From Candidatus Marinacidobacterales bacterium (GTDB lineage: Bacteria; Acidobacteriota; Vicinamibacteria; Marinacidobacterales; DATDRI01), in the NCBI GenBank assembly GCA_965219415.1, contig OZ244742.1:224001-288000 (forward strand): 64,000 bases of DNA, written 5' to 3'. This document shows, piece by piece, positions 62,296 through 64,000 of this stretch (positions within the stretch are counted from its first letter, which is position 1; every line of letters starts with the position of its first letter). Position numbers and translations under genes: made by a program. Below the pieces are notes generated by a model that was not told the origin of the DNA, searched no databases, and saw nothing but the letters and a program-made list of their open reading frames with translations.

Positions 62296-63002
62296 TGCGG
62301 GAACGACGCTTCCTCATGCCTGATATCCCCACTGAGGGCGAGGTGGTGATCGCCGGTGCCGAGGCGCACCATTTGCTACACGTACTTCGATTGCGCCCAG
62401 ACGACGAAGTCGTCCTCTTCGACGGGCAAGGCAAGGAATTTGAAGCTGTCTTGACGCGCTGCGACAAAACAACCGCCGCGGCGAAGCTACTCAAGCCCGT
62501 CGCCACCCGAGAATCCCCTCTCGAGCTCACCGTGGCGGTCGCCGTACCAAAAACGGACAGCATGGCCCGGATCGTCCAAAAGCTCACCGAGCTGGGTGTT
62601 CACCGTATCGTTCCCCTGCTAACTAGTCGCACCGCGGTGTCCCCTCGCCGTGCAGCGGGACAGTCAGCCCGCTGGCGCCGGATCGCAGAGGAAGCGTGCA
62701 AACAATCGGGCCGCGGAGTCGTTCCGCAAATAGAAGACGCCGTCGCCTTCGAAGATTTCATCGAACGTGATGATCACTCGTGCCGCCTTCTGTTCACCCT
62801 GGGCGGGCCGTCTCTCCGTGGCGGACCCCGCCCGTCACCTTGTCTGGTAATCATCGGCCCGGAAGGCGGTTGGGCCGAAGAGGAGCTCGCCGCCGCCCTC
62901 GCCAAGGGATTCGAACCGGTCGGACTTGGGCCTCGAACTCTCCGGACAGAGACTGCAGCCCTGGCGGCCACGGCGATCTTGGAGTGGCTTTCACAACGCT
63001 GA
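62295..63002 (+). CDS. rsmE: 16S rRNA m3U1498 methyltransferase
   Basis: HHLLHVLRL, KLTELG, EACKQSGR, IGPEGGW, LGPRTLRTETA. Confidence 0.94.
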   Translation: MRERRFLMPDIPTEGEVVIAGAEAHHLLHVLRLRPDDEVVLFDGQGKEFEAVLTRCDKTTAAAKLLKPVATRESPLELTVAVAVPKTDSMARIVQKLTELGVHRIVPLLTSRTAVSPRRAAGQSARWRRIAEEACKQSGRGVVPQIEDAVAFEDFIERDDHSCRLLFTLGGPSLRGGPRPSPCLVIIGPEGGWAEEELAAALAKGFEPVGLGPRTLRTETAALAATAILEWLSQR

Positions 63003-63069
63003 GCCCATCCGCACCAATCCAGACGGGGCCGTTAGAGAAATTTCCTGATGGTGCTATACTTCGGCGCGG

Positions 63070-64000
63070 ATGTTTCTCCTCGGTCAAGAGATCGGCAAGT
63101 ATCAAATCCTCCAGACTCTAGGTAGCGGCGGCTTCGGCACCGTCTACCTAGTCAAAGACACTTGGATCGACAAGAAGTTCGCGATCAAAGTTCCGCACCG
63201 TCAGAGCGTCGATTTCACCGAGCTTCTTCGGGAGCCCAGGTTACTGGCCGCGCTGGATCACGACAACATCGTACGAATAGTTACCGCCGAGAAGGCCGAC
63301 GATTACTTCTTCATCGTCATGGAGTTCGTCGAAGGAGAAACTCTCGAAGCGATCCTGAGCCAGGACAAGGTGATCGACCTTCCGCGGGCGCTTGCGTTCT
63401 CCCGAGAGCTTTGCGACGGGGTAGACTACGCTCACCGCCAAGGTGTTCTGCACCGAGATCTTCGTCCAGGAAATGTGCTTATCACCGAGTCGGGCAACGT
63501 CAAGATCGCCGATTTCGGTACTTCGCGGTTTCTAGAGATAGCCGATCACGCCTCCACCATCATCGGGAGTCCCCCCTATATGGCGCCGGAGCAATTCCAG
63601 GGGCGGACGGTCTTCGCCTCCGACGTCTACTCCATCGGCGTCATCATGTACGAGATGATGACCGGCTCACTTCCCTACTTCAGCACCAACCCCAGACAGC
63701 TGGAAAAGATGGCGGCCTCGGGACGGTTGGTCCCGCCCAGAGAGCGAAACCGCTCCGTCTCTCGAGAGATCAATGAAATCGTTGAAAAGGCCCTCGCTCC
63801 CGAAGTGACCGACCGGTATCAGGGGGCCGGTGAGCTCCTCGATGACCTGGCCACGGTCTCCGAGATCGACTACCGAGCGTCGCGATTGACCGACATCCGG
63901 AAGCGACTCAAGGCGCGCGAACGGCCCACGAGCCGGTTCTGCTGGCACTGCCGGAAGCCCGTCCACCCTCGCGCCGAGAACTGCCCCTTTTGTAACGAGA
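63070..64000 (+). CDS. Hanks-type protein kinase with C-terminal zinc ribbon (runs off the window end)
   Basis: Translated by hand from ATG 63070: LGSGGFGTVY, AIK, HRDLRPGN, DFG, YMAPEQ, SDVYS, CWHC...CPFC; absent from the ORF track because no stop lies in the window. Confidence 0.92.
   Translation, partial: MFLLGQEIGKYQILQTLGSGGFGTVYLVKDTWIDKKFAIKVPHRQSVDFTELLREPRLLAALDHDNIVRIVTAEKADDYFFIVMEFVEGETLEAILSQDKVIDLPRALAFSRELCDGVDYAHRQGVLHRDLRPGNVLITESGNVKIADFGTSRFLEIADHASTIIGSPPYMAPEQFQGRTVFASDVYSIGVIMYEMMTGSLPYFSTNPRQLEKMAASGRLVPPRERNRSVSREINEIVEKALAPEVTDRYQGAGELLDDLATVSEIDYRASRLTDIRKRLKARERPTSRFCWHCRKPVHPRAENCPFCNE

Noticed and set aside
63162-63776. 204-aa ORF in the track at the window end
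   Set aside because: Out-of-frame shadow of the kinase that starts at 63070

Overview
GC-rich (~60%) bacterial chromosomal window, most consistent with an Acidobacteriota (Vicinamibacteria-like) genome. This assignment is inferred from gene content and order (aroC-def-fmt...rsmB-PASTA-rpe, bamD, CIRCE-hrcA-grpE-dnaK-dnaJ-prmA-rsmE) and was not tested by a search. It mixes intact housekeeping and envelope genes with accessory genes. Highlights: (1) a senA-senB pair (selenoneine-type sulfoxide synthase plus selenosugar synthase) with no senC/selD or egtD in the window; (2) a 265-bp micro-inversion bounded by CGACA/TGTCG that splits both an anti-sigma-factor antagonist (at its phospho-Ser motif) and a membrane-protein gene; (3) many lesions (internal deletions, a chimeric DUF2927/eutBC fusion, nonsense codons, frameshifts), mostly in accessory genes; (4) an IS256-family element whose 8-bp target duplication is the Shine-Dalgarno of a bactofilin gene, just after tRNA-Gly(CCC); (5) a Hanks-type kinase with an HRDLRPGN catalytic loop and a C-terminal zinc ribbon. 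All product calls come from recognised motifs; no database searches were run.
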